Source: Bacillota bacterium (GTDB lineage: Bacteria > Bacillota > Clostridia > Christensenellales > CAG-314). Taken from it: a stretch of 64,000 nucleotides of DNA. Under the pieces are notes generated by a model. It did no database searches, was not told the origin of the DNA, and was given only the letters and a program-made list of their open reading frames with translations. Numbering within the stretch: position 1 is the stretch's first letter; every line of letters starts with the position of its first letter. Below, one piece after another: positions 26,783-35,638 of the stretch. The position numbers and the translations under genes were made by a program. The stretch is from contig JAEWZT010000006.1 in the NCBI GenBank assembly GCA_023458375.1, positions 17,581 to 81,580 on the forward strand, read 5' to 3'.

Positions 26783-27652
26783 TTATTCTCCCTTGCCTTT
26801 ACCCTTAAACATTGCCGACGCACCGCAGGGAAGATAAATTCCCTCCTGCTGTGTGGGCAATGCCACTTCGTAAGCTTCACAGCTTCCCTCAAAATCCTTC
26901 AAAACTATACTGAGCAGATTTTTAAGCACAAGCGGTTGCAGCCCCGTGGTATATGAATTTATTAAAACAAAAAGCGGTTTAGGACACAAAACTTTGGCGC
27001 AAAGCGTTAAAAAATCAAAAAGATTTTCCTCAATCTTCCACATTTCGCCGTTAGGTCCCCTGCCGTAGCTTGGCGGGTCCATGATTATTGCGTCGTAAAA
27101 ATTGCCCCGTTTAATCTCGCGCGTTAAAAACTTTTGACAGTCCTCAACGATATAACGCACGGGCTTTTGAGCAAGACCCGACGCCGCAAGGTTTTCTTTC
27201 GCCCTTTCCACCATATTCTTCGCGCTGTCAACGTGGCATACCGAAGCGCCGGCATAGGCGCAGGCGGCAGTCGCTCCCCCCGTATAGGCAAAAAGGTTCA
27301 GCACGTTTACGGGGCGGCGGACGGAAGAAATCATATCAATCATTTGCTGCCAGTTTACCGCCTGTTCGGGGAAAAGTCCCGTGTGCTTAAAGCCCATAGG
27401 TTTAATCAAAAAGGTCAAATCCCGCCACTTAACGCTCCATTGCTGCGGCAGGGGTTTAAAGTATTCCCATTCGCCGCCGCCTTTGTCGCTTCTGTGATAA
27501 TGCGCGTGCGGCTTGACAAGGGGTTTGTTTTGCCAATGCCAAATTACTTGCGGGTCGGGACGCAATAGAATATACTCCCCCCACCTTTCAAGTTTTTCGC
27601 CGTCGCCGCAGGCTAAGACGCTATAATCTTTCCAATCGTTAGCGATTTTCAT
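26783..27652 (-). CDS. Class I SAM-dependent methyltransferase (RlmI/RlmK-type, PF10672-like)
   Basis: VLNLFAYTGGATAACAYAGA (motif I) and IIMDPPSYG (the DPP motif of nucleic-acid methyltransferases). The start overlaps the ileS stop as ATGA. Confidence 0.8.
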   Translation of the reverse strand: MKIANDWKDYSVLACGDGEKLERWGEYILLRPDPQVIWHWQNKPLVKPHAHYHRSDKGGGEWEYFKPLPQQWSVKWRDLTFLIKPMGFKHTGLFPEQAVNWQQMIDMISSVRRPVNVLNLFAYTGGATAACAYAGASVCHVDSAKNMVERAKENLAASGLAQKPVRYIVEDCQKFLTREIKRGNFYDAIIMDPPSYGRGPNGEMWKIEENLFDFLTLCAKVLCPKPLFVLINSYTTGLQPLVLKNLLSIVLKDFEGSCEAYEVALPTQQEGIYLPCGASAMFKGKGKGE

Positions 27653-30600
27653 TTAACAATTACGCTCATGCAAATAGTGGTGTTGCGCCCGTTGACGTCC
27701 CATTCCTTGCATTGCCCCACACAACCGCCGAAACTGTCGGAAAGCGTTTCCTTTTCCAAAATATGGCGGTATTTTAGCGCGACGGCAGAAATTTCCTCGT
27801 CACCCACAACCGTTAAAACAATGTGGTCGGTAACGCTGAAACCGCATTCCTTGCGCATAGTCTGAATTTTGCTTATAAGTTCCCTTAAAAGCCCTTCTTC
27901 AATTAGCTGGGACGTTAAAGCGGTATCTAACGCAGCCGTAAGCCCCCCTTCGCTCGCCGTGGCGTAGCCCATTTTTGAAGAAGTGTTGATAAGCAAATCT
28001 TCTTGTACAAACTCTACCTTAGCGCCCTCAATTTGTGCCGCGTAAGTTTCGCCGTTTCTTACTTTATCCACAATTTCTTTGGCGTTTGCGGCATTTTGCA
28101 AATAAGCGCGAATGGGGTTGATAAGCTTGCCGTATTTGGGTCCTAAGGTTTTAAGCTGCGGCTTTAACTCGTATGAAATGAAATCTTCCGCCTTTTCGGC
28201 GTTTACCACTTCCTTAACGTTTAATTCCTCTTTTATTATTTGCTTTAAATCTTCGCTTAATTGATAATTTGCCACAATAAACACTCTTTGCAGCGGCTGG
28301 CGGTTTTTAATATTGCTTGCGTTTCGGCAAGAACGCCCCAGCGCGACAAGGTTGCGCACAACCTCCATTCCCTCTTCAAGCTCTTTGTTTATTAACTTTT
28401 TGTCGGACAGCGGGTACTTGCATAAATGCACCGACTGCGGTTGCCTGGGAAAAAACGACGGAACTAAGTTTTGGTAAATAGTTTCCGTAATAAAGGGCAC
28501 GAAAGGCGCGGCAAGCTTGGAAATGGTTGTCAAAACGGTATAAAGGGTAACGTAAGCCGCCTGCTTATCTTTTGTCCACTCGCTTCCCCAGTATCTCTCG
28601 CGCGACAGGCGCACATACCAGTTTGAAAGCTCGTCGGTAAAGTTTTCAATAGCCCTCGCAGATTCCGTTATTTTATATTCTTTAAGCCCTTTGTCAACTT
28701 CGTGAACCAAAGTATTTAATTTTGATAAAACCCAACTGTCAAGCGCCGACAGGCTGCAATCCTCCAAAGCATATTGCGAGGGGTCAAACTTGTCAATTTC
28801 AGCGTAAAGCACAAAAAAGGCGTAGGTGTTCCAAAGCGTGCCCAAAAACTTGCGCTGCGCCTCGCTTACAGCCTCGTCGTAAAAACGGCTGGGCAGATAG
28901 GGCTGGCTTCCCGTATAAAAATACCACCTTACGGCGTCGGCGCCCTGTTTGTTGAGCGCGTCCCACGGGTCAACCACATTGCCCTTATGCTTGCTCATTT
29001 TTATGCCGTCTTTGTCGCCCACAAGCCCTAATACTATGCAGTTTTTAAAGGCGGGCTTGTCAAAAAGCAGCGTTGACAGTGCAAGCAATGTGTAAAACCA
29101 TCCTCTTGTTTGGTCAACCGCTTCGGAAATAAAGTCGGCGGGAAAGTTTTGCTCAAAGGTTTTTTCATTTTCAAAGGGATAGTGGTGCTGCGCGTAGGGC
29201 ATGCTTCCGCTGTCAAACCAGCAGTCCATGACCTCCAGCGTCCTTTTGTAGGTTCCGCCGCAATCGCAGGCAAAAGTAACCTTGTCAATATAGGGGCGGT
29301 GAAGTTCAATGTCCTGCGGACAGCCCGAAAGAGCAGACAGCTCTTTTCTGCTTCCCACCACGTGAACTTTGCCGCATTTGTCGCAAACAAAGAAGGGCAA
29401 AGGGGTTCCCCAATAGCGTTCCCTTGAAATCGCCCAGTCAATGAGGTTTTCCAAGAAATTGCCCATTCTGCCTTTTTTGACGTTTTGCGGAATCCAATTG
29501 ATTTTGGCGTTATTTTTAAGCAGCTTATCTTTGACGGCGGTCGTTTTGATATACCAGCTTTTGCGCGCGTAGTAAAGCAACGGCGTGTCGCACCGCCAGC
29601 AAAAAGGATAGCTGTGAGAAAACATAATTTCCTTTGCCAAAAGCCCCCTTTGCTTTAAGTCGGCTACGATAAGCTTATCGGCGTCTTTACAAAATACGCC
29701 CTCAATGCCCGCCGCTTCTTTGACAAAACGGCCTCTGTCGTCCACCATCTGCACCAAAGGCAGGTCATATTTTTGCCCCACGCGGGAATCGTCCTCGCCA
29801 AAAGCGGGGGCGATATGCACTATACCCGTGCCGTCGGTAAGAGTTACATAGTCGTCATTGGTTACGAAATAGGCATTTTTTTCCTGCTGGTAGGCAAATA
29901 GCGGCAGATATTTTACCCCTTCAAGCTCTTTTCCCTTTTGCGTTTTTACGACTTTGTATTCTCCTTGCTCGAAGTGCCTGCCTATAAGCTCTTTTGCCAA
30001 AATAAAATACTGCCCGTTGTGCTCGACTGTCGCGTAGTCCTCTTTGGCGTTGACGCACAAAGCGACGTTGCTTGGAAGAGTCCAGGGCGTAGTGGTCCAC
30101 GCCAAAAAGAAAGTATCGGGTTTGTTTGCAAGGGCAAAGCGCACGACGATAGACTTTTCCTCTATGTCTTTGTAGCCCTGCGCCACCTCGTGCGAGGAAA
30201 GCGCCGTTCCGCAGCGGGGGCAGTAAGGCACGATTTTGTGCCCTCTGTAAATAAGCCCCATCTTGTCTATTTCTTTAAGCGCCCACCATTCCGACTCAAT
30301 ATAATCGTTTTCGTAAGTGATATAAGGGTTTTCCATATCCGCCCAAAAACCCACGCGGCGGGAAAGATTTTCCCACTCGCCCTTATATTTCCAAACGCTT
30401 TCTTTGCATTTTTTTATAAAAGGCTCAATGCCGTATTTTTCAATGTCCTGCTTGCCGTCAAGCCCCAGTTGCCTTTCAACTTCAAGCTCAACGGGCAGAC
30501 CGTGAGTATCCCACCCTGCTTTTCGCAGCACCGAATAGCCCTTCATCACCCGGTAACGGGGAATAATATCTTTTATTGAGCGCGTTAACACATGCCCTAT

Positions 30601-30765
30601 GTGAGGCTTTCCGTTTGCCGTGGGCGGACCGTCGTAAAAAGTAAAGGTCGGCTTGCCCTCGTTCAGCTTCAAGCTTTTTTCAAAAATCTTATTTTTCTCC
30701 CAAAACTCCAATACCTCTTTTTCTCTTTTGACGAAATTTAAGGCGGAGTCAACGCTCTTATACAT
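27649..30765 (-). CDS. ileS: Isoleucine--tRNA ligase, type 2 (eukaryote-like / MupA-like class)
   Basis: FTFYDGPPTANGKPHIGHVL (HIGH), KMSKHKGN (KMSKS), a CP1 editing insertion, and a length of about 1038 aa. The start is reset to ATG 30765, preceded by AGGAGGAAAA. Confidence 0.93.
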   Translation of the reverse strand: MYKSVDSALNFVKREKEVLEFWEKNKIFEKSLKLNEGKPTFTFYDGPPTANGKPHIGHVLTRSIKDIIPRYRVMKGYSVLRKAGWDTHGLPVELEVERQLGLDGKQDIEKYGIEPFIKKCKESVWKYKGEWENLSRRVGFWADMENPYITYENDYIESEWWALKEIDKMGLIYRGHKIVPYCPRCGTALSSHEVAQGYKDIEEKSIVVRFALANKPDTFFLAWTTTPWTLPSNVALCVNAKEDYATVEHNGQYFILAKELIGRHFEQGEYKVVKTQKGKELEGVKYLPLFAYQQEKNAYFVTNDDYVTLTDGTGIVHIAPAFGEDDSRVGQKYDLPLVQMVDDRGRFVKEAAGIEGVFCKDADKLIVADLKQRGLLAKEIMFSHSYPFCWRCDTPLLYYARKSWYIKTTAVKDKLLKNNAKINWIPQNVKKGRMGNFLENLIDWAISRERYWGTPLPFFVCDKCGKVHVVGSRKELSALSGCPQDIELHRPYIDKVTFACDCGGTYKRTLEVMDCWFDSGSMPYAQHHYPFENEKTFEQNFPADFISEAVDQTRGWFYTLLALSTLLFDKPAFKNCIVLGLVGDKDGIKMSKHKGNVVDPWDALNKQGADAVRWYFYTGSQPYLPSRFYDEAVSEAQRKFLGTLWNTYAFFVLYAEIDKFDPSQYALEDCSLSALDSWVLSKLNTLVHEVDKGLKEYKITESARAIENFTDELSNWYVRLSRERYWGSEWTKDKQAAYVTLYTVLTTISKLAAPFVPFITETIYQNLVPSFFPRQPQSVHLCKYPLSDKKLINKELEEGMEVVRNLVALGRSCRNASNIKNRQPLQRVFIVANYQLSEDLKQIIKEELNVKEVVNAEKAEDFISYELKPQLKTLGPKYGKLINPIRAYLQNAANAKEIVDKVRNGETYAAQIEGAKVEFVQEDLLINTSSKMGYATASEGGLTAALDTALTSQLIEEGLLRELISKIQTMRKECGFSVTDHIVLTVVGDEEISAVALKYRHILEKETLSDSFGGCVGQCKEWDVNGRNTTICMSVIVK

Positions 30766-31083
30766 TTTTCCTCCTATTTTACGCAAAACTATTTTTGCAA
30801 AAACCCGTTTAGCGCTTTACTTCTTCTTATGAAATGCCGATTATCAATTTATCATCCGCAGTTAAAAAATCTGCATTGCCCTTAGTTTACCTTTTTATAC
30901 GGTTAGCGCAGCAAACTTTTTGTTTTAACCGCAAGCCAATAACGGTTTTTTCTATAACTTGCCTTCACATAAAAAACATTTTCATTGCCGCCGCCGATAA
31001 AAATCAGCATACTTGCAAGGTTTTTTAACACTTGAAAAATGGACGGCAAATACTTTTTACTCTTTTGCGCGTTTTTTAGCCGC

Positions 31084-31120
31084 AAAAAATAAAAAAGCCG
31101 TCCTTTGAAAAAAGAGCGGC
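31084..31120 (-). terminator. Terminator-like hairpin inside the ~800-nt region upstream of ileS (possible leader attenuator)
   Basis: On the minus strand: CCGCTCTTT-TTTC-AAAGGACGG (8 of 9 pairs, including one G-U) followed by CTTTTTTATTTTTT. It lies about 320 nt upstream of the ileS ATG. Confidence 0.4.
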
Positions 31121-31557
31121 ATGCCTTTACCATTTCAAAGATGCACTTAAAGAGAGAAATTCCTCTTTTTATGCAACGCCCCTTTAACGGCGGGCTGGCG
31201 TGTTTTCTTACTAAAAAATATTTTTGGGAAAACCTGCTTGCAAGGTGATAAGAAAAAGACCCTCTATCGGCGCTTTCACCAGACGAGCCTTTGTAAACCT
31301 GCTGATTTTTACAAAAGACCCCGATTCAGACCAAAAAACCTTGTTTTAAAAACCTAAAAGATTCAACAAAAGTTTTTTAAGACTAAAAAGTGCGCCGCTC
31401 TCTTTGTAGGCAAGTTGCTTTTACCCTTGTCCCTGCTAAATAACGCATTTACTTTGAGTTTAGTTTACCCAATTTGCTCATTTTTGTAAAGCGAATATGC
31501 AGTAAAAGGATTAAGGGAAGTTAAACCAATTTTTCTTTAGGGAAAAATTATTATATT

Positions 31558-31586
31558 TTGACTTTTCTTAACTATTTTGATATAAT
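31558..31586 (+). promoter_or_regulatory. Near-consensus sigma-A promoter for the zinc-ribbon/nuclease-fold gene
   Basis: TTGACT (31558..31563), 17 nt spacer, TATAAT (31581..31586), with TG at the extended -10 position (TGATATAAT). Confidence 0.65.
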
Positions 31587-31610
31587 TATAAAAAATAAGG
31601 AAGTATACAT

Positions 31611-32297
31611 ATGGCTAACTGTCAAATTTGTGGTAACACAAGCGGATTTTATCCTTTATGTAAAAATTGTTTTAAATTAAAAGATGAAAACAAAATTGAG
31701 AAATGCGAAAAATGCAACACATGGCATTTCACAGATAAATCTTGTAAGTGTGAAAAGAAAGTAGTAGCTTTGGATGCGGAAAAAACACAAAACAGTTGCA
31801 TTATTTGCAAGAGCGATACCGAGGGTTTCTTATTTTGTAAAAAATGTTATCATAAATATAAAAATAAAATAATTCTACTCAAAATCTCAAGGTGCACCGA
31901 AATAGAATTGATGGACGAAGCATACGAAGGCAAATATATTTGTGCTGACGGACATATTGTTAAAAGCAAATCAGAGCGGGATATTGACAACTACTTATAT
32001 TACAATAAAATCCGTCACGCTTATGAAAAAGCGCTTCCTATCGATGATAATCCCGACCATGACTTGCACCCCGATTTTTATTTACCTGAATATCAAGGAG
32101 AAGAAATCTGGCTTGAGCATTGGGGATACGATGAAAGCAACCAACAATACACAGAACAAAAAGAATATAAACTTGCGCAATATAAAAAAGCAGGCATTAC
32201 TTTAATTTGTACGGATGAAAAGAAAGATATATCAGATATTACCGCCGCTTTAGACCGCAAGCTTAAAATGCGTAAAAAAGGTGAAGTAAATCTGTGA
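31611..32297 (+). CDS. Hypothetical protein: three N-terminal CxxC-n-CxxC zinc ribbons + a C-terminal PD-(D/E)xK-like (Vsr / DUF2726 / helicase-IV-N-terminal-like) nuclease fold
   Basis: The N-terminal ribbons are CQICGNTSGFYPLCKNC, CEKCNTWHFTDKSCKC and CIICKSDTEGFLFCKKC. The C-terminus is KSKSERDIDNYLYYNKIRHAYEKAL......HPDFYLPEYQGEEIWLEHWGY. It matches the S-x-x-E...Y-E...PDF-x-L...(I/L)E-h-x-G pattern of restriction-endonuclease-like folds. The gene is visibly AT-richer than its flanks. AAGGAAG RBS. Confidence 0.6.
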   Translation: MANCQICGNTSGFYPLCKNCFKLKDENKIEKCEKCNTWHFTDKSCKCEKKVVALDAEKTQNSCIICKSDTEGFLFCKKCYHKYKNKIILLKISRCTEIELMDEAYEGKYICADGHIVKSKSERDIDNYLYYNKIRHAYEKALPIDDNPDHDLHPDFYLPEYQGEEIWLEHWGYDESNQQYTEQKEYKLAQYKKAGITLICTDEKKDISDITAALDRKLKMRKKGEVNL

Positions 32298-32483
32298 AAT
32301 GAATTACCGTACCAAAAAAAGAGTGTTGATAAAACCTAAATTATTCGGCTTGTATTCTTTTAAATAAGCCAGCCTTTTTATAACTGTAACTATTTATGTG
32401 ATGATGTATCATCTACTTTTTAATATTAAAAATAGAACAGACGGAGAGTATGACAAAGAAGGGCAAGAGCGCCAAAAAAGGTG

Positions 32484-32512
32484 TTGCAATTTAGCGCGCT
32501 TTACTATATAAT
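32484..32512 (+). promoter_or_regulatory. Sigma-A promoter of the SRP RNA gene
   Basis: TTGCAA (32484..32489), 17 nt spacer, TATAAT (32507..32512). The predicted TSS near 32519 coincides with the 5' end of the SRP RNA homology. Confidence 0.6.
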
Positions 32513-32518
32513 ATCGTA

Positions 32519-32786
32519 GCTGTGCTAGGCGGGGAGCTAGTGGTGCCCTGTCGTCCGCAACCCACTACAGCGGAGCTGAATGTCCGATTTGCGGCTACGG
32601 CGTGGGAAGCGTGGAGCAAGTAAGGAGCGTTGACGCCAAGGTCTCGTGCAACGGTTAGCCGTGAAACGTGTCAGGGAGGAATCAGCAGCACTAAGCGGAT
32701 TTAGCCGTGTGTTACGAGGAAGCTTTGGAATAGCCGCCTGCTTGCATACCTGTTCGGCGTTGGCAGTCAAAGCGGAATGCACAGCC
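32519..32786 (+). ncRNA. ffs: Signal recognition particle RNA, large Bacillus-type (scRNA with Alu domain)
   Basis: GCTGTGCTAGGCGGGGAGCTAGTGGTGCCCTGTCGTCCGCAACCC matches the B. subtilis scRNA Alu-domain region GUGCUAGAUGGGGAGGUAGCGGUGCCCUGUACCUGCAAUCC. GTCAGG-GA-GGAA-TC-AGCAGC is the domain IV helix 8 motif with the GGAA tetraloop. The 3' GCACAGC pairs with the 5' GCTGTGC. Ends are accurate to about +/-5 nt. Confidence 0.9.
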
Positions 32787-32853
32787 TTGAAAATAATCCT
32801 CAAATTATTTTGGGGACTTTATAAAAGCTCAAATGACAGTCTTTTGGGTAAAC

Positions 32854-32885
32854 AATTCCCCCTAAATTAGGGGGAATTTGCTTTA
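32854..32885 (+). terminator. Intrinsic terminator downstream of ffs (probable end of the primary transcript)
   Basis: AATTCCCCCT-AAATT-AGGGGGAATT followed by TGCTTTATT. Confidence 0.65.
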
Positions 32886-33013
32886 TTAAGCAATAAATAT
32901 TTAAAAACTGCGCGTTTTTCTCAAAAGCAATCAAAGTCTTTATACTTTGTGCTATATATTTTTTTATGAAAAACATTTATGGGCAGATATAATACCCGCA
33001 AATTATTTAAAAA

Positions 33014-33416
33014 ATGGTGCAAAAACTTAGAATTACTCCCGAATGGGACATAAAACTTCAATTTATTGAAGACAAAGACTGAAAAAAAACAGGCGACTTT
33101 AAAATTGACTGCGACGACAAAAAGGCAGTTTTGATGCTTAACGCCGCTAACCCCAATCAAGAAAACATGAGGAAGTAATTGTTCACGAGCTTATGCATTT
33201 AAAAATCTATCCTTAGACTAGGTCGCCGAGTCGCTGATTATAAGTTTTAAACAAGGTTCTAAGGCGTATAATTTTGCTTATATACACTTTTTTACTTCCT
33301 TAGAGCAAACGGTTGAGTTGACAAAGTGTTTTTTGTGGAATTCGGCGAAAATAAAGAACTTCCTTTCGGACGGTGCGAAAAATAAAAATCCCTTAACGAA
33401 TTATATGAAGGACTAA
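33014..33416 (+). pseudogene. Decayed remnant of an HExxH-motif gene (possibly phage-derived)
   Basis: My translation gives MVQKLRITPEWDIKLQFIEDKD*KKTGDFKIDCDDKKAVLMLNAANPNQENMRK*. A frame shift then gives EVIVHELMHLKIYP*. Further shifted pieces include LEQTVELTKCFLW... These are protein-like segments split by stops and frameshifts. The region is AT-rich. Confidence 0.45.
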
Positions 33417-33481
33417 AAAGCATAAAGTAGCTTTGCAAGGCGCGGTTACCGTCCTTTTGCCGCTTTTATGCCGATTATCAT

Positions 33482-33940
33482 TTAAATATCACGTGAAAAA
33501 GGTATTATCTTCACCCTTTGGTTTATAAAGTCAACACCGTAGCCCTTGCCGTCTTTGTGGAAAAATCCCTTTTGCGGCACGACTTTTATATAACACATAT
33601 TTTCGTCGTTCTCGTCGTTATGGGCAAAATACCAAACCTCAAATACTTTTATGAGGTTTTCCCTTATCTCTTTGTTTTGGCTCAGCAAAGGGTGCCCCTC
33701 GTTATAGGCTTTTCCTTGAAAGATATGAAAATTATTGCACAAAGAAACGTTTGGGTTTTGGGATATTTCTAAAAACTTATTTGACTTAGCATACGTTACA
33801 ATCCAAAACTCCCCGTTGTAAAAATAAGCGTCAACGACCCTTTGCGAAGGAACGTTGTTTTTTGCAGTCGCCAAAACGAAAGTGCAATCTTTTTGAAACA
33901 ATTGCCTCATAACTTCCAAACTTTGCTGATAGTCGGTCAT
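33482..33940 (-). CDS. Pyridoxamine 5'-phosphate oxidase-family (FMN-binding split-barrel) protein
   Basis: The 152 aa (FVLATAKNNVPSQRVVDAYFYNGEFWIVTYAKSNKFLEISQNPNVSL) fit the general-stress-protein-26/PNPOx-like pattern. AAGGAG RBS. Confidence 0.5.
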   Translation of the reverse strand: MTDYQQSLEVMRQLFQKDCTFVLATAKNNVPSQRVVDAYFYNGEFWIVTYAKSNKFLEISQNPNVSLCNNFHIFQGKAYNEGHPLLSQNKEIRENLIKVFEVWYFAHNDENDENMCYIKVVPQKGFFHKDGKGYGVDFINQRVKIIPFSRDI

Positions 33941-34037
33941 ATAAAACTCCTTTAACTCTTTTATGCGTCCGCGCAGTTATAAACTTATTAACAGCAGTTG
34001 AATAATTTAAAGAATAATACGCTTTTTACTTTTCAAG

Positions 34038-34556
34038 CTAAAAGTTTCTTAAATCTATCCAGTATCGCCTTGTAATTCTGTCGCCGTCGGGCAATGAGTT
34101 GAATATTTTGTCCTGCAATAAGCCGCCGTTTTTTTCAATTACGCGCGCGGAGGCTAAGTTGTCGTCGTTGCATGTGATTAAAACCTTGTCAAGCCCTATT
34201 TCCCTTTTGGCGTAGCTTAAAGCCATTTTGAGCATAAGCGCGCCGTAGCCTAAGTTCCACTTAGAAAACCGCACGCCGTAGCCGATATTGCCCCCGAAAC
34301 GAAGCAAATCGGGGGTTAACTCATGCCTGATTGATATTTCGCCCACAAAGTCCCTTTTGTCAACAAGCCAAAAATATGTAGCTTTAACATATCCCTTGGG
34401 CAGGTTGTTTCCCATTTTATAATCGTCGAATTTTTTAAAAATATCACAGTTTGCGGCGTCGAAAAACCGGTAAGTATCAACTTTGTTGTCGGCATATTCT
34501 TTTAACGCTTCCAAATAGGAACTCAAATATTTTTTGCTTGGAAAAATAAGTTTCAT
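34038..34556 (-). CDS. GNAT-family N-acetyltransferase (Acetyltransf_3-like)
   Basis: The 172 aa include IGYGVRFSKWNLGYGALMLKMALSYAKREIGLDKVLITCNDDNLASARVIEKNGG, the GNAT motif A region. GAGGAAG RBS. Confidence 0.7.
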   Translation of the reverse strand: MKLIFPSKKYLSSYLEALKEYADNKVDTYRFFDAANCDIFKKFDDYKMGNNLPKGYVKATYFWLVDKRDFVGEISIRHELTPDLLRFGGNIGYGVRFSKWNLGYGALMLKMALSYAKREIGLDKVLITCNDDNLASARVIEKNGGLLQDKIFNSLPDGDRITRRYWIDLRNF

Positions 34557-34614
34557 GAGCGCTTCCTCTTTTTATTGTCCATTATATCACTTCGCCGACA
34601 AAAACGGCGTAGTT

Positions 34615-35526
34615 TTAACCGTATTGCGAAAGGATTTTTTTAGCGGAAGAAAAAATGGCGGCGCGCAGTTCTTCGGGCTTTATTACCTCAATTTTGCCGC
34701 AAAAAGAAAGCAGCCTGCTTATTAAAAACTCGTCAAAGGGCAATGTGGCATAAGCGGCGTAACCGTCTTTGGTCTTTATTACCGAATCTACGCCAAGCCA
34801 TTCTTCCACCTCCGTAAGGGCGGAAGGCAAAAGCTTAATACAAAAATCCACGCCGCGCGATTTTTTAGGCGCTTCAAGGGCGCGCGCGCCGTCAATGTCG
34901 TATGGCAAGGGTTCAAAATATTCCTCAGTCAAATCCAAAGAAGCTATGCGGCTTACCTTAAAAAACCTGTAATCGCCGCGCAGCCTGCAAAACGCATAGA
35001 TATACCATAATCCTTCTTTAAGCACCATACAGCAAGGCAAAAGGTCGCGGAGGGTGATTTCCCCTTTCGCGTCGTGGTATTCAACTCGGCAAACCCTAAG
35101 TTCCACCACCGCCTTTGTTAAAAGCGCCAAATTGTGCTGCATTTGAGGCGTAGTGGGCGCGTCCACCAAAAGCTGGCCGCTCTTTAAAGTGTAGTCCGCG
35201 TGCAGCCCCCTTGAAAGCGATTTTACTTTGTCGGCAACGCTAAGCGTCAGTTTGTCCTGCACGTCAAAAGCCGTTACCGATTGAACCAGCCTTGTATATT
35301 CTTCCGAAGTAAAAAAAGCGGCGTCAAGCTTGAAACTGTCTTTTATGGAAAAGCCGCCGTGCTTGCCGCTTACGGAATAAACGGGCACCCCTGCGGCGTT
35401 TAAAGTATCAATGTAGCGGTAAACGGTGCGCGACGATATTTCGTATTTAATGGAAAATTCTTTGGACGTTACCGTCTTTCTGTCCAAAAGCGTTAAAAGC
35501 ATTCCTAGAATCACTGCGTTTTGCAA
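34615..35526 (-). CDS. YafY-family transcriptional regulator (wHTH + WYL domain)
   Basis: The HTH is LLTLLDRKTVTSKEFSIKYEISSRTVYRYIDTLNAAGVPVYSVSGKHGGF. The WYL domain is GLWYIYAFCRLRGDYRFFKVSRI. My preferred start is TTG 35526, 8 nt after AAAGGAGA. ATG 35502 is an alternative. The track ORF to 35733 runs through the divergent promoter. Confidence 0.8.
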   Translation of the reverse strand: MQNAVILGMLLTLLDRKTVTSKEFSIKYEISSRTVYRYIDTLNAAGVPVYSVSGKHGGFSIKDSFKLDAAFFTSEEYTRLVQSVTAFDVQDKLTLSVADKVKSLSRGLHADYTLKSGQLLVDAPTTPQMQHNLALLTKAVVELRVCRVEYHDAKGEITLRDLLPCCMVLKEGLWYIYAFCRLRGDYRFFKVSRIASLDLTEEYFEPLPYDIDGARALEAPKKSRGVDFCIKLLPSALTEVEEWLGVDSVIKTKDGYAAYATLPFDEFLISRLLSFCGKIEVIKPEELRAAIFSSAKKILSQYG

Positions 35527-35588
35527 AAAATATCTCCTTTTTTTAAAAAATATTTTTATATGCTGACATACAGTTGTCATATATACAA

Positions 35589-35597
35589 TGGTATAAT
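35589..35597 (+). promoter_or_regulatory. Extended -10 promoter element (TGGTATAAT) for the divergent small ORF
   Basis: TGGTATAAT at 35589..35597, about 40 nt upstream of ATG 35639. I found no good -35 box. Confidence 0.4.
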
Positions 35598-35638
35598 ACA
35601 GGTATAAAACGGGTTTGTCAATAAGGGAGGGAATAAAA

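Noticed and set aside
32537-32870. ORFs 32537..32803 (-) and 32646..32870 (+)
   Set aside because: They overlap the SRP RNA gene, whose identity is supported by Alu-domain and helix-8 motifs. The ORFs have no RBS.
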